A DNA stretch of 61,741 nucleotides, from NCBI GenBank assembly GCA_012519455.1, contig JAAYQE010000140.1:1-61741 (forward strand), in the 5' to 3' direction. A program made the position numbers and the translations under genes. Origin of the DNA: Syntrophomonadaceae bacterium (GTDB taxonomy: Bacteria > Bacillota > Ch66 > Ch109). The notes under the pieces were generated by a model that had not been told where the DNA came from, ran no database searches, and saw only the letters and a list, made by a program, of their open reading frames with translations. Below, piece after piece: positions 1 to 8,469 of this stretch. How positions within the stretch are numbered: position 1 is the stretch's first letter; each line of letters opens with the position of its first letter.

Positions 1-512
1 ACCGATACGAACAAAGATGCTTTGGACATTTTCCCAACCTCTGAGTCGAAAAAGGCAATTTTGGTGCCGGCCCAATCTACTTCCAACGATAGGGCTGGTT
101 TGTGCTCCAACCGGATAGTCGCCTTGTGAACTCTGGCGAACTTGTGGTAATAGCGCCGGAACTGCGTCTCCATGTAGAACTGATAGCCGCTGTTCCGACA
201 TTTCTGGGCGTATTCCTCCCAGAGCAGTTTTAATGTAACATGTGGTTTCGCCAGTTCGGCATGGACATGCTCGTAATTAGGCATCTTAAATGTCGCATCC
301 CGGGAGGGGCTAGTGGGCTTCATCAGGGCCTTTGAGAAAGTAGCGTTGTCCAGGTGGTTTAGGTCTTCCAGGGTAAGCCATCCCTGAGCCTCGGCATGCC
401 GAAGGAGAAGCGCTACGGTATTTCGGGACACATGATGCGTAGCCGCCGCCTGTCGTTGGCTAAGACCGCTGTAAACGGCTCGAACAATGGTTAGGTTGTC
501 GGTCACTTTCAT
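1..512 (-). CDS. istA: IS21-family transposase IstA, N-terminal part (runs off window; not in ORF track)
   Basis: Hand translation from ATG at 512 with AGGAGGA RBS: MKVTDNLTIVRAVYSGLSQRQAAATHHVSRNTV (HTH)...PNYEHVHAEL..VTLKLLWEEY...FRRYY...RLEHKPALSLEVDWAG, which matches IstA motifs (LLWEEY, H.PG/A...VDWAG). Confidence 0.9.
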   Translation of the reverse strand, partial: MKVTDNLTIVRAVYSGLSQRQAAATHHVSRNTVALLLRHAEAQGWLTLEDLNHLDNATFSKALMKPTSPSRDATFKMPNYEHVHAELAKPHVTLKLLWEEYAQKCRNSGYQFYMETQFRRYYHKFARVHKATIRLEHKPALSLEVDWAGTKIAFFDSEVGKMSKASLFVS

Positions 513-573
513 TCCTCCTAAAAATGAATTCTGCTATGCTGCAGTTACTTCATTTTACAGGAGTTTTATGATG

Positions 574-648
574 GTGGCTCTCCACTAGCGCGTTATGTGG
601 CTCTAAAGCCGCGCGCGAGTGGCTCTAAGACTCCGCGCGGGTGGCTCT
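574..648. repeat. IS21 subterminal direct repeats (4x GTGGCTCT)
   Basis: GTGGCTCT at 574, 597, 619 and 641 (spacing 23/22/22 bp). Confidence 0.85.
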
Positions 649-666
649 AATTCGCCGTGTTTCCCA

Positions 667-965
667 AGGGACATTGGGATCAGGCCGAAAAGATGGTAAC
701 GGATAACCTATGGTATGAGATGAAAGGATTAGGTCTAGTGGAGGCCCTAAATGAAAAAGGAAAAGATTACCAATACTCTCCTCGCCTTACTTTTAATGTA
801 AAAGATTTTGCCGATAACCCTTCTGAAGCGTGGGTAGCTGGCCAGGTTACCTGGACGGTAAATTTACCGCCGGCCACTACTGAGGTGGCGGTTAAAGTAG
901 TTAATCAGGGAAATGGTCAGTGGAAAATAGCAAAAATTAATGGCAAATGGCTTTTATCGAAGTAG
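667..965 (+). pseudogene. 3' remnant of a gene interrupted by the IS21 (unknown protein)
   Basis: The ORF-track start (GTG 657) lies inside the IS end and has no RBS. The frame is open from the IS junction to TAG 965 and is followed by a terminator. Confidence 0.65.
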
Positions 966-987
966 CCGACCTAAATAGGCCGGCTAC
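962..987. terminator. Hairpin between convergent genes, probable terminator
   Basis: GTAGCCG..CGGCTAC inverted repeat; no strong U-tract. Confidence 0.5.
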
Positions 988-1027
988 CCAAACGTATCCT
1001 TCAATCCATGATCTATCAGTGCTTAAA

Positions 1028-1429
1028 TCAATCTTGCTGTAAAGCAATTCCCAGCATGCCGCCGCAAGCGCCGGCAAACACGATTAGGCCCAGTTTAATC
1101 AGGGCCGTGGACCAGGAGAACAAACCAGGTCGGAAGACTAGGGTAATAACTAGGACCAGGACGATAAAAAGCAAACTAATTACTAAGCCGTTGATCAAAC
1201 CCTTAGCACCGGCTAAGCGCGCGGCTTTAAAACCGCCCATAAATACGCTGATGGTCAAAATCAATAAGACAATTAAGGGAGTTAATGTTTCTGGAATACG
1301 AGTGAGATACAGTAGAAAGCCCATAATCAGACCCAAGATAATTAAGCTTAATAAGCCATAAAGGAATCCTCGTAAAACCGGGTGGGTAAAAATAAACATG
1401 CCATCACCTCCGCTCAGGAGCATATTCAT
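1028..1429 (-). CDS. TIGR04086/YrzE-like membrane protein (true start probably ATG ~1399)
   Basis: Four hydrophobic helices and a 'AARLAGAKGLINGL' motif; GGAGGTG RBS precedes the internal ATG. Confidence 0.7.
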   Translation of the reverse strand: MNMLLSGGDGMFIFTHPVLRGFLYGLLSLIILGLIMGFLLYLTRIPETLTPLIVLLILTISVFMGGFKAARLAGAKGLINGLVISLLFIVLVLVITLVFRPGLFSWSTALIKLGLIVFAGACGGMLGIALQQD

Positions 1430-1526
1430 TAATCTTTATGCGGAACTGGCTCAGTTATGCTATGGAGAATAGAATTAGGCTAAGGAATGACTGGGATGTG
1501 CTAGGCATATTTTAGGCAAAGGAGGA

Positions 1527-2276
1527 ATGTTTTTTCGCGGGGGAGGAGAAGCCTTGCTTACCATCCTGGGCTATAGTTTAATCGCCGGGTTAGCCACTAG
1601 CTTAGGCGCCATAGTCGTATTGTTTTGGGGTCGACCGGAAAGACGGGGGATGGCTTTATTTCTAGGGATGGCTGCCGGGGTCATGCTAGCGGTAGTCGGG
1701 TTGGACCTTTTACCTTCAGCCTTGGCCTGGGGTGGAGGTAGGGATATTATTTTAGGGTTTAGCTTGGGGGGGTGTTTATTATGGGGAATGGATCGTTTGC
1801 TTTCCTTTTCTTTTCAACGTTCGCTGCATCCTAACTTATTGTATCGACATTTGGGGTTTTTAATTGCTCTAGGGATATCTATTCATGACTTACCTGAAGG
1901 GATGGCCATTGCCCTAGGTTATACTGCGGCTCAACAATTAGGTCCGCTGATTGCCCTAGCCATAGGGATCCATAATATTCCGGAAGGAATGGCCATTGCG
2001 GCCCCCTTGTCAATGGGTGGGTTAGAGACTTTCAAAATCATCTTGATCACTTTGCTAGTGAGTATAATAACTCCCATAGGTACGGCCCTAGGTATGGTAA
2101 TGACTTATATTGCCCCCGGTTATTTCGCCTTTTTGCTAGCCCTAGCCGCCGGGTGTATGTTATATTTAGTCTTTTTTGAATTAATTCCTGAAGCCCGCAT
2201 GCATCACCGTCCATTAGCGGTATGGGGTTTGATCCTTGGCTTTTCTGTCATTGTCCTGACCAACTTAGCTATGTAG
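1527..2276 (+). CDS. ZIP-family divalent metal transporter (ZupT-like; start possibly TTG 1554)
   Basis: Motifs IHDLPEGMAI and IGIHNIPEGMAIA, plus multiple TM helices. Confidence 0.9.
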   Translation: MFFRGGGEALLTILGYSLIAGLATSLGAIVVLFWGRPERRGMALFLGMAAGVMLAVVGLDLLPSALAWGGGRDIILGFSLGGCLLWGMDRLLSFSFQRSLHPNLLYRHLGFLIALGISIHDLPEGMAIALGYTAAQQLGPLIALAIGIHNIPEGMAIAAPLSMGGLETFKIILITLLVSIITPIGTALGMVMTYIAPGYFAFLLALAAGCMLYLVFFELIPEARMHHRPLAVWGLILGFSVIVLTNLAM

Positions 2277-2347
2277 TTCAGGGATAATTGCTTACTTTTA
2301 AGGCTATCCTAAAGCAGGACTAAATCGAGATTGAAAGGCGGTTATAC

Positions 2348-2791
2348 ATGGGGGGCAAGCTTTTGTTTCTATTAATTGCGGGGATAGCGGGGACTACTAT
2401 GGCACTTCAAGGAACTTTAAATGCCGCTTTGGGTAAAGTGATTGGTCAATGGGAATCAACTTTTGTGGTTCATCTCGTTGGTACAATTGTGGTTACCCTT
2501 CTTTTATTTGGTTTGGGTTTAGGCAGTGGTAACTGGAACTTAATGGGCCAAGCTCCCTGGTACAGTTACCTAGGTGGTTTATTAAATGTTCTAATCATTT
2601 TTGGGGTAATCTTTAGCATACCACGGGTTGGGGTAGGGAATGCCACGACTATGATCGTTGTGTTTCAAACCCTTACGGCGGTGATAATTGATAATTTTGG
2701 TGTTTTTGGGATGGAAAAAATACCTTGTCGTTGGTGGGATCTCCTAGGTATTGCCTTTTTGGGAATTGGGGCCAAGCTACTATTACGTTAA
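2348..2791 (+). CDS. DMT-superfamily small transporter (YdcZ/DUF606)
   Basis: QGTLNAALGK, PWYSYLGGLL and IIDNFG motifs. Confidence 0.85.
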   Translation: MGGKLLFLLIAGIAGTTMALQGTLNAALGKVIGQWESTFVVHLVGTIVVTLLLFGLGLGSGNWNLMGQAPWYSYLGGLLNVLIIFGVIFSIPRVGVGNATTMIVVFQTLTAVIIDNFGVFGMEKIPCRWWDLLGIAFLGIGAKLLLR

Positions 2792-2923
2792 GTTTATTCC
2801 AAAAAAATTGTCTAAAGGATAGATTTACTGTTGGATAAATTCTAATTATTTAGGAAGGAATTTACAGTTTAACCCCGAAATATTAAATGGTAAAATCTTG
2901 GTAATGGTAAGGAGGGTTAAGCT

Positions 2924-4153
2924 ATGCCGGCTCCTACAGCATGGTGGCAAACTGTAAGAGAGAAAGGCATTAATCTTTGGGCTTTGTTTCAGGCTTACTA
3001 CTTAATTCGCAGAAATAACCGTACAGATAATAATCATTTAGACTTGAAAGGCAAGCATTCCTATCCAGCCTTATATTTGGCGCTAGGTAAACATTATTTT
3101 AAGACTCAACAATATGAAGAAGCAAAATATTATTTTGCCAAAGCCTTATCTCTAACTACCCGTAAAAATGAAAAGATTAGGAGCTTAAGGGGTTTAAGTA
3201 GGGTGTACAAGCAAACGCAGAACTGGGAAGAAACTTTCAATGTAGGATGTGAATTAGCCAAGTGTATCCCTAATTCAGTAGAATCATGGAATCTAAAAGG
3301 GGAGGCTTTGTTAAATTTAGGACAGATAAAAAAGGCAGAGCGTTGCTTTAATAAAGCTTTGGCCATAAATCCGCAAAACGGGATTACCTTAAATAATTTA
3401 GGAACTTGTATGCTTTTACAAAAAAGGCCCTTGGAAGCCTGGCATTTTTTTCAACTTGGTTTAACCCAATTTCCCCGTGATCCGGTTGTTTTAGGTAATG
3501 CCGGACTAGCTCTTAGTCAAGCGGGGGATCTACCTCAAGCCATAAAATATTTTGGGGAAGCCGTAAAACGTGGTTTAAGAGAACCTTTTATACTTAATAA
3601 CTACGGGGTATGCCTGGCTGAATTAGGGAATTACCGAGAAGCGGTTCTTTTTTATCAGCAGGTATTACCGGAGCTAGATCTAGATAATTTAGAGATCTTA
3701 TCTAATTTAGCCAGTGTTTTTGCTAAAGCAGGGTTTCAGGAGGAAGCCTTGCAATATTATCGTTTAGCCTTGAAAAAGAACACTAACGATGCGGCGCTTT
3801 TTAATAATTATGCTTTAACTTTAGAAAGTGTGGGCCGCGTGAATGAAGCTTTGCATTATTATAACTTGGCTTTAGGCCTCCAACCCGATAACCTAAGGTT
3901 TTTACAAAATAAAACCGTTTGTCTAGAACGATTACAGCAGGAAGATGAGGTAATGCGTTGTTTAGATCGAATTTTATGTTTGGAGCCCCTTAATCGTTTT
4001 GCCTGGGGACGGAAAGGAGCTTATTATCAGCGGCAGGGGGATCAGAAACAGGCCGTAGATTGTTATAATTTAGCCTGGGGATTAAGCAAACTCCCGTTAG
4101 AGGAGTTATTTTTACCAAAATCACCCGGTTTTCGCAAAGAACTAAGTGTTTAA
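2924..4153 (+). CDS. Tetratricopeptide-repeat protein
   Basis: About 9-10 TPR-like units (WNLKGEALLNLG, LNNLGTC, LNNYGVCL, LFNNYAL). Confidence 0.85.
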   Translation: MPAPTAWWQTVREKGINLWALFQAYYLIRRNNRTDNNHLDLKGKHSYPALYLALGKHYFKTQQYEEAKYYFAKALSLTTRKNEKIRSLRGLSRVYKQTQNWEETFNVGCELAKCIPNSVESWNLKGEALLNLGQIKKAERCFNKALAINPQNGITLNNLGTCMLLQKRPLEAWHFFQLGLTQFPRDPVVLGNAGLALSQAGDLPQAIKYFGEAVKRGLREPFILNNYGVCLAELGNYREAVLFYQQVLPELDLDNLEILSNLASVFAKAGFQEEALQYYRLALKKNTNDAALFNNYALTLESVGRVNEALHYYNLALGLQPDNLRFLQNKTVCLERLQQEDEVMRCLDRILCLEPLNRFAWGRKGAYYQRQGDQKQAVDCYNLAWGLSKLPLEELFLPKSPGFRKELSV

Positions 4154-4261
4154 TCTCGTATAGTAGTTTGTTATTTTTTGATTTAGTGGTAATATTTTAG
4201 ATATGTCGATATTCGTAGTATAATTATTAAGGCAGGTGAACCCGGTTAAACCGGTAAAGAT

Positions 4262-4822
4262 TTGGATTTACAAAAGATTAAAGAAGGCGTTCGACTCTTG
4301 CTTGAGGGAATTGGAGAGGATCCTAACCGAGAAGGATTAAAGGCAACCCCAGACCGGGTAGCCCAAATGTATGCCGAGGTGTTTAGTGGTTTAGAAAAGG
4401 ATCCCCACAGTCATTTAGAAGTTTTTTTTACGGAACCTCATGAAGAAATGGTAATGCTTAAGGATATCCCTATTTATTCGATGTGTGAACATCATTTATT
4501 ACCTTTTTATGGCGTGGCCCATGTAGCCTATATACCTCGTAAAGGGAAAATAACGGGATTGAGTAAACTGGCTAGAGTAGTTGAAGGATATGCGAAACGG
4601 CCCCAACTACAGGAACGGCTAACTTCTCAGATCGCGGATACTATTTTGGAGGTGCTACAACCTCGGGGAGTAATTGTTGTCATTGAAGCAGAACATATGT
4701 GTATGTCTTTACGGGGGGTTAAAAAACCCGGTACTCGGACTTTGACCTCTGCGGTAAGAGGGGTATTTCAAACGAATGAAGCTACACGGGCGGAGGCTTT
4801 TGCCTTAATTCGAAAGGAGTAA
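4262..4822 (+). CDS. folE: GTP cyclohydrolase I
   Basis: [26 protein letters not shown] and EAEHMCM motifs. Confidence 0.97.
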   Translation: MDLQKIKEGVRLLLEGIGEDPNREGLKATPDRVAQMYAEVFSGLEKDPHSHLEVFFTEPHEEMVMLKDIPIYSMCEHHLLPFYGVAHVAYIPRKGKITGLSKLARVVEGYAKRPQLQERLTSQIADTILEVLQPRGVIVVIEAEHMCMSLRGVKKPGTRTLTSAVRGVFQTNEATRAEAFALIRKE

Positions 4823-4827
4823 ATAGG

Positions 4828-5034
4828 TTGGAAAAACAAGAGGGATCACCATTATCCTTGGCCCCGGCCGCGGGGAAATTGCAACTATTAGCTACTAGAA
4901 CCCTGAATAATAATGAAGAATTATATAAAGTGGTTGACTTTTTAAATAAAACCCTTAAAGAATATCAGTTAATGTTTGGGTTGACCAAAAATACTCGGGA
5001 AGGTACGATGACGATTTCAATTTATGAAGTATAA
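4828..5034 (+). CDS. YpmA/DUF4264 family protein
   Basis: LYKVVDFLNKTLK..LMFGLT motif. Confidence 0.8.
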   Translation: MEKQEGSPLSLAPAAGKLQLLATRTLNNNEELYKVVDFLNKTLKEYQLMFGLTKNTREGTMTISIYEV

Positions 5035-5058
5035 ATTGATGAATTTACTGAGGTTGAG

Positions 5059-5646
5059 GTGATAGGGAAGAACATGTTGCAGACTAAGGAGGATTTAAAT
5101 CAAACTGACGAAGGTTCTACGATCAAGGGTTTTGGGGGATTTATTAAGGAAACTCTAAGTATACTGGTAATCGCTTTTATTTTATCCATGATCTTAAAGG
5201 CTTTTGTGGTTGAAGCTCGGGTTATACCGAGCGGTTCTATGTTACCGACGATTCAGATTGACGATCGGGTCCTGGTTAATAAGTTCATTTACCGTTTTCA
5301 AACGCCAAAGCGTTTAGAAGTGATTGTATTTGAACCGCCACCGGAAACCGGTCACCACGAGGATTTTATTAAAAGGGTTATTGGCTTGCCCGGAGAGACG
5401 GTCGAAGTCCGTAATGGTAAGGTATTTATTGATGGAGAATCCTTAGAAGAGAATTATCTGCAGGAAGCGCCTGATTATAACTTTGGGCCGGTGGTTGTCC
5501 CCCCTAATTGCCTTTTCGTGATGGGTGACAATCGAAACAAAAGTTTTGACAGTCATATGTGGAATGGATGGCTTACACTGGATAACGTAAAAGGGAAGGC
5601 TTTTTTTACTTATTGGCCCTTTAATCGAATGGGTACTATGAAATAG
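5059..5646 (+). CDS. lepB: Signal peptidase I
   Basis: IPSGSMLPT (catalytic Ser), FIKRVIGLPGE (catalytic Lys), MGDNRNKSFDS. Confidence 0.95.
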   Translation: MIGKNMLQTKEDLNQTDEGSTIKGFGGFIKETLSILVIAFILSMILKAFVVEARVIPSGSMLPTIQIDDRVLVNKFIYRFQTPKRLEVIVFEPPPETGHHEDFIKRVIGLPGETVEVRNGKVFIDGESLEENYLQEAPDYNFGPVVVPPNCLFVMGDNRNKSFDSHMWNGWLTLDNVKGKAFFTYWPFNRMGTMK

Positions 5647-5656
5647 GAGGGGACTA

Positions 5657-6427
5657 ATGCGAATCCTGTTGACCAATGATGATGGAATTCAAGCCCCGGG
5701 CCTGGATACGTTACGTCGTGCCTTGGAAGAAATTGCGGTGGTCACCGTGGTAGCCCCGGATCGAGAAAGAAGTGCTACCGGTCACGGAATTACCGTAGAC
5801 TACCCTATTCGTGTGGCTGAGTATATTTTTCCTGATTCCCCTACTCAGGGGTGGGTAATTGATGGTACCCCCACGGATTGCGTTAAATTAGCAGTTTGTG
5901 CCTTATTAGAGGAACCACCGGATTTAGTGGTTTCAGGGATTAATCGGGGAGGTAATTTAGGTACCGACGTTTTATATTCGGGTACGGTTTCTGCAGCCAT
6001 TGAAGGCATTATTCTGGGTATTCCCTCAATTGCCGTTTCCTTAAATAGCTTTGACTTTCAGGCTGATTATCGGTACGCAGCCTCGCTTACCCAACGCCTA
6101 TGTAAAGAATTTAAGGAATGGAATTTACCACCGGATGCTATGCTTAACGTTAACGTACCCGCCGTACCGGAAGCAGAGATACAAGGTATTCAGGTCACTA
6201 AACTAGGAATTCGGCGCTATGAAGACGTATTTCAAAAACGCATGGACCCCCGGGGCCGGATCTATTTTTGGCTAGCCGGGAACATTGTCGATAACGATGA
6301 AGATCAAGATACGGACGTTATGTTCATTAAAAATAATTATGTAACCATAACTCCGGTCCACTTTGACCTGACTAATTATCAACTATTACCAGATGTAAAG
6401 GAGAAATTAAAGCCAATACTACGGTAG
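5657..6427 (+). CDS. surE: 5'/3'-nucleotidase SurE
   Basis: ILLTNDDG, GTPTDCV, SGINRG and YSGTVSAA motifs. Confidence 0.97.
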   Translation: MRILLTNDDGIQAPGLDTLRRALEEIAVVTVVAPDRERSATGHGITVDYPIRVAEYIFPDSPTQGWVIDGTPTDCVKLAVCALLEEPPDLVVSGINRGGNLGTDVLYSGTVSAAIEGIILGIPSIAVSLNSFDFQADYRYAASLTQRLCKEFKEWNLPPDAMLNVNVPAVPEAEIQGIQVTKLGIRRYEDVFQKRMDPRGRIYFWLAGNIVDNDEDQDTDVMFIKNNYVTITPVHFDLTNYQLLPDVKEKLKPILR

Positions 6428-6449
6428 AGAGTAAAGGTGGCAGGTATTT

Positions 6450-6710
6450 TTGTTTTGGTTTAACTGGGTTTTAAATTCCCTAGTGTTTCTACTTGTTTTT
6501 AATTTTACGCCAATAATTAACTGGTATCATACCCGTACCTGGGAATGGCGTAATCCCTATTTCTCTCTGCTTTTACCCCTGGGTCTAGCCTTGGTTTTGA
6601 CCGTAGTTGATAGTCTCAGGCTTTATTTTGTTTACCAAGTACTTATTTTGGTAATTGCTGCCGGAGCATTGTACTGGCTGTTCGGATTTTTAAATAGGCC
6701 ACGGCGTTAA
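6450..6710 (+). CDS. Small hypothetical membrane protein (3 TM)
   Basis: ORF within the operon, RBS-like AAAGGTGG, hydrophobic. Confidence 0.65.
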   Translation: MFWFNWVLNSLVFLLVFNFTPIINWYHTRTWEWRNPYFSLLLPLGLALVLTVVDSLRLYFVYQVLILVIAAGALYWLFGFLNRPRR

Positions 6711-6758
6711 TAAAGTAAAAGTGGATACACCTTAGCTAGAGAAGGGGGTGAAAACCGG

Positions 6759-7802
6759 GTGATAAAGAAAAAATTAACCGAATTAGTTAAAGCTTCAGGA
6801 TGAGCGGCTAAAGTGGGTCCGGGGACCCTGGAAGGAATTTTAGAAAAGTTACCGGTTTTCGATTGTCCTCAGGTATTAGTTGGACTGAATCAACCCGATG
6901 ATGCCGGGGTTTATCAATTGAATGCCGAGACCGCTTTAATTCAGACCGTAGATTTCTTTACCCCAGTCGTAGATAATCCCTATCTTTTTGGCCAGATAGC
7001 TGCAACGAATGCTTTAAGTGATGTCTACGCTATGGGCGGTCAACCTTTGACGGCCCTAAATATCGTTTGTTTTCCGACCGATTGTCTGGACCTCGAGGTA
7101 CTAGCTCAGATCCTGGCCGGCGGGGCAGAAATAGTGCAAAGGGCCGGAGCGGTAATCCTGGGGGGACATACCGTAGAAGATGCCGAGCCCAAATATGGCT
7201 TGGCCGTGACCGGTATAGCTCATCCTGAACGGATTATTACTAACCAGGGAGCGCGGCCAGGAGACTTATTGGTATTAACTAAACCCCTAGGGACCGGAGT
7301 GATAATTACCGCGGTTAAAGGGGAAGTTCTAACCGAAGCAGAGATTAGCCCGGCTTTAGCATCGATGCTTACACTTAACCAAAGCGCCAGTGAGGCAATG
7401 CAAGCGTGGGGTGTACGCGGGGCTACGGATATAACCGGTTTTGGATTATTAGGACATGCTTTGGAAATGGCGCAGGCTAGTCGTTGTACGATAGAGCTGT
7501 GGATAGATAAAATCCCCTGGCTGCCTGGGGCTCGGGAGATGGCTGGTATGGGTTTAGTGCCGGCCGGGGCGTATGCTAATCAACACTACCTTAATGGCAA
7601 GTTGGAGTTTCTTGGGAGCCTCTCAGAAGCAGAGAAAGATTTATTGTTTGATCCGCAAACTTCCGGGGGTCTGCTCATCGCCATTGCGGAAGCTAAAGTA
7701 GAAGGTTTAGTTGACCACTTAAAGCTTAGAGGAGAAACCGCCTGGATTATTGGGAGGGTTTGTCAACCGGGTGATTATTCAATCCGCGTACATGGAGTTT
7801 AA
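6759..7802 (+). CDS. selD: Selenide, water dikinase (selenophosphate synthetase); selenoprotein with Sec at UGA 6801-6803
   Basis: GTG 6759 after RBS GAAGGGGGTG is in frame: MIKKKLTELVKASG-U-AAKVGPG. UGA sits at the catalytic Cys position (SGxAAK). Also QTVDFFTP, GGHT and DPQTSGGLL motifs. Confidence 0.95.
6815..6828 (+). promoter_or_regulatory. Bacterial SECIS hairpin for selD Sec codon
   Basis: GGGTC-CGGG-GACCC stem-loop with a G-rich apical loop, starting 12 nt after the UGA. Confidence 0.7.
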
Positions 7803-7880
7803 GGGAACGATTTAGTTTTACAAACCTTAAAGTGATCCTTCTCTCTAATTTTATTCCTATGTTTAATTGCTAAGGACTTA

Positions 7881-7910
7881 AAACCAACGGTTAGAACGCC
7901 GTTGGTTTTT
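7881..7910 (+). terminator. Intrinsic terminator after selD operon
   Basis: AAACCAACGG / CCGTTGGTTT stem followed by T-run. Confidence 0.75.
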
Positions 7911-7967
7911 ATTAAGTTATAGGACAAAACTTTTGTAGCATAAGAATAAAAAAAAGGGGGGGTATAC

Positions 7968-8105
7968 GTGAAAGCGAAGAATAGAAAGACAATTAGGAAA
8001 AAACCTTTAAAAATAAACCTAGAAATTATTTATGCGGGAGGCCAGGGTTTGCAACTGGCATATCGTTTAGTGGCCAAGAAAGTATTAGCCTTGGAGAAAA
8101 AATAA
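7968..8105 (+). CDS. Small basic protein (45 aa), not in ORF track
   Basis: GTG after AAAAGGGGGGG RBS: MKAKNRKTIRKKPLKINLEIIYAGGQGLQLAYRLVAKKVLALEKK; followed by a terminator. Confidence 0.55.
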   Translation: MKAKNRKTIRKKPLKINLEIIYAGGQGLQLAYRLVAKKVLALEKK

Positions 8106-8156
8106 TTTAAGTTAAAAAGATAACCAGTCAGGAGAAAGCTATTTTTCCTAAAAAAA

Positions 8157-8198
8157 GAGTCCCTTGACCGGCAGATCATGGTCAGGGACTCAATTTTT
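8157..8198. terminator. Bidirectional terminator
   Basis: GAGTCCCTTGACC / GGTCAGGGACTC stem flanked by an A-run and a T-run. Confidence 0.8.
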
Positions 8199-8214
8199 TA
8201 AAAGATTATTTAAA

Positions 8215-8322
8215 TTAGCAGGTGAATCGACGACCTATACAGCATTGAATAACTAAGAGAATGGCAATACAATAAGCTAGATTAGGGAAGCAACTTTGTA
8301 AGCCATATTCCAGATTATCCAT
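8215..8322 (-). CDS. Small Cys-rich hydrophobic peptide (35 aa), not in ORF track
   Basis: Strong RBS AAGGAGGGAG then MDNLEYGLQSCFPNLAYCIAILLVIQCCIGRRFTC; upstream GCATAGAAT resembles a sigmaE/K -10. Confidence 0.6.
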   Translation of the reverse strand: MDNLEYGLQSCFPNLAYCIAILLVIQCCIGRRFTC

Positions 8323-8469
8323 TAATCTCCCTCCTTTTTATTTAACCGAAATTATGCATGGTGGAGTTTTCCGTACATTCTATGCAGCTACTGTAAACTG
8401 GGTGAGGAATATAATAAAAGTATGAACTAGGAAATGCCTGACAATTAAAGTTAGTCGGGCCGGGGAAAT

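Larger units (their letters stand above)
1..666 (-). mobile_element. IS21-family insertion sequence, left end (continues beyond window start)
   Basis: IstA-like ORF on minus strand, an array of four subterminal GTGGCTCT repeats, and a terminus reading ...GTGTTTCCCA at 666 (5'-TG on the element strand), as expected for IS21 ends. Confidence 0.85.

Noticed and set aside
657-666. GTG 657 as a real start for the 102-aa ORF
   Set aside because: It lies within the IS21 terminus and has no RBS.
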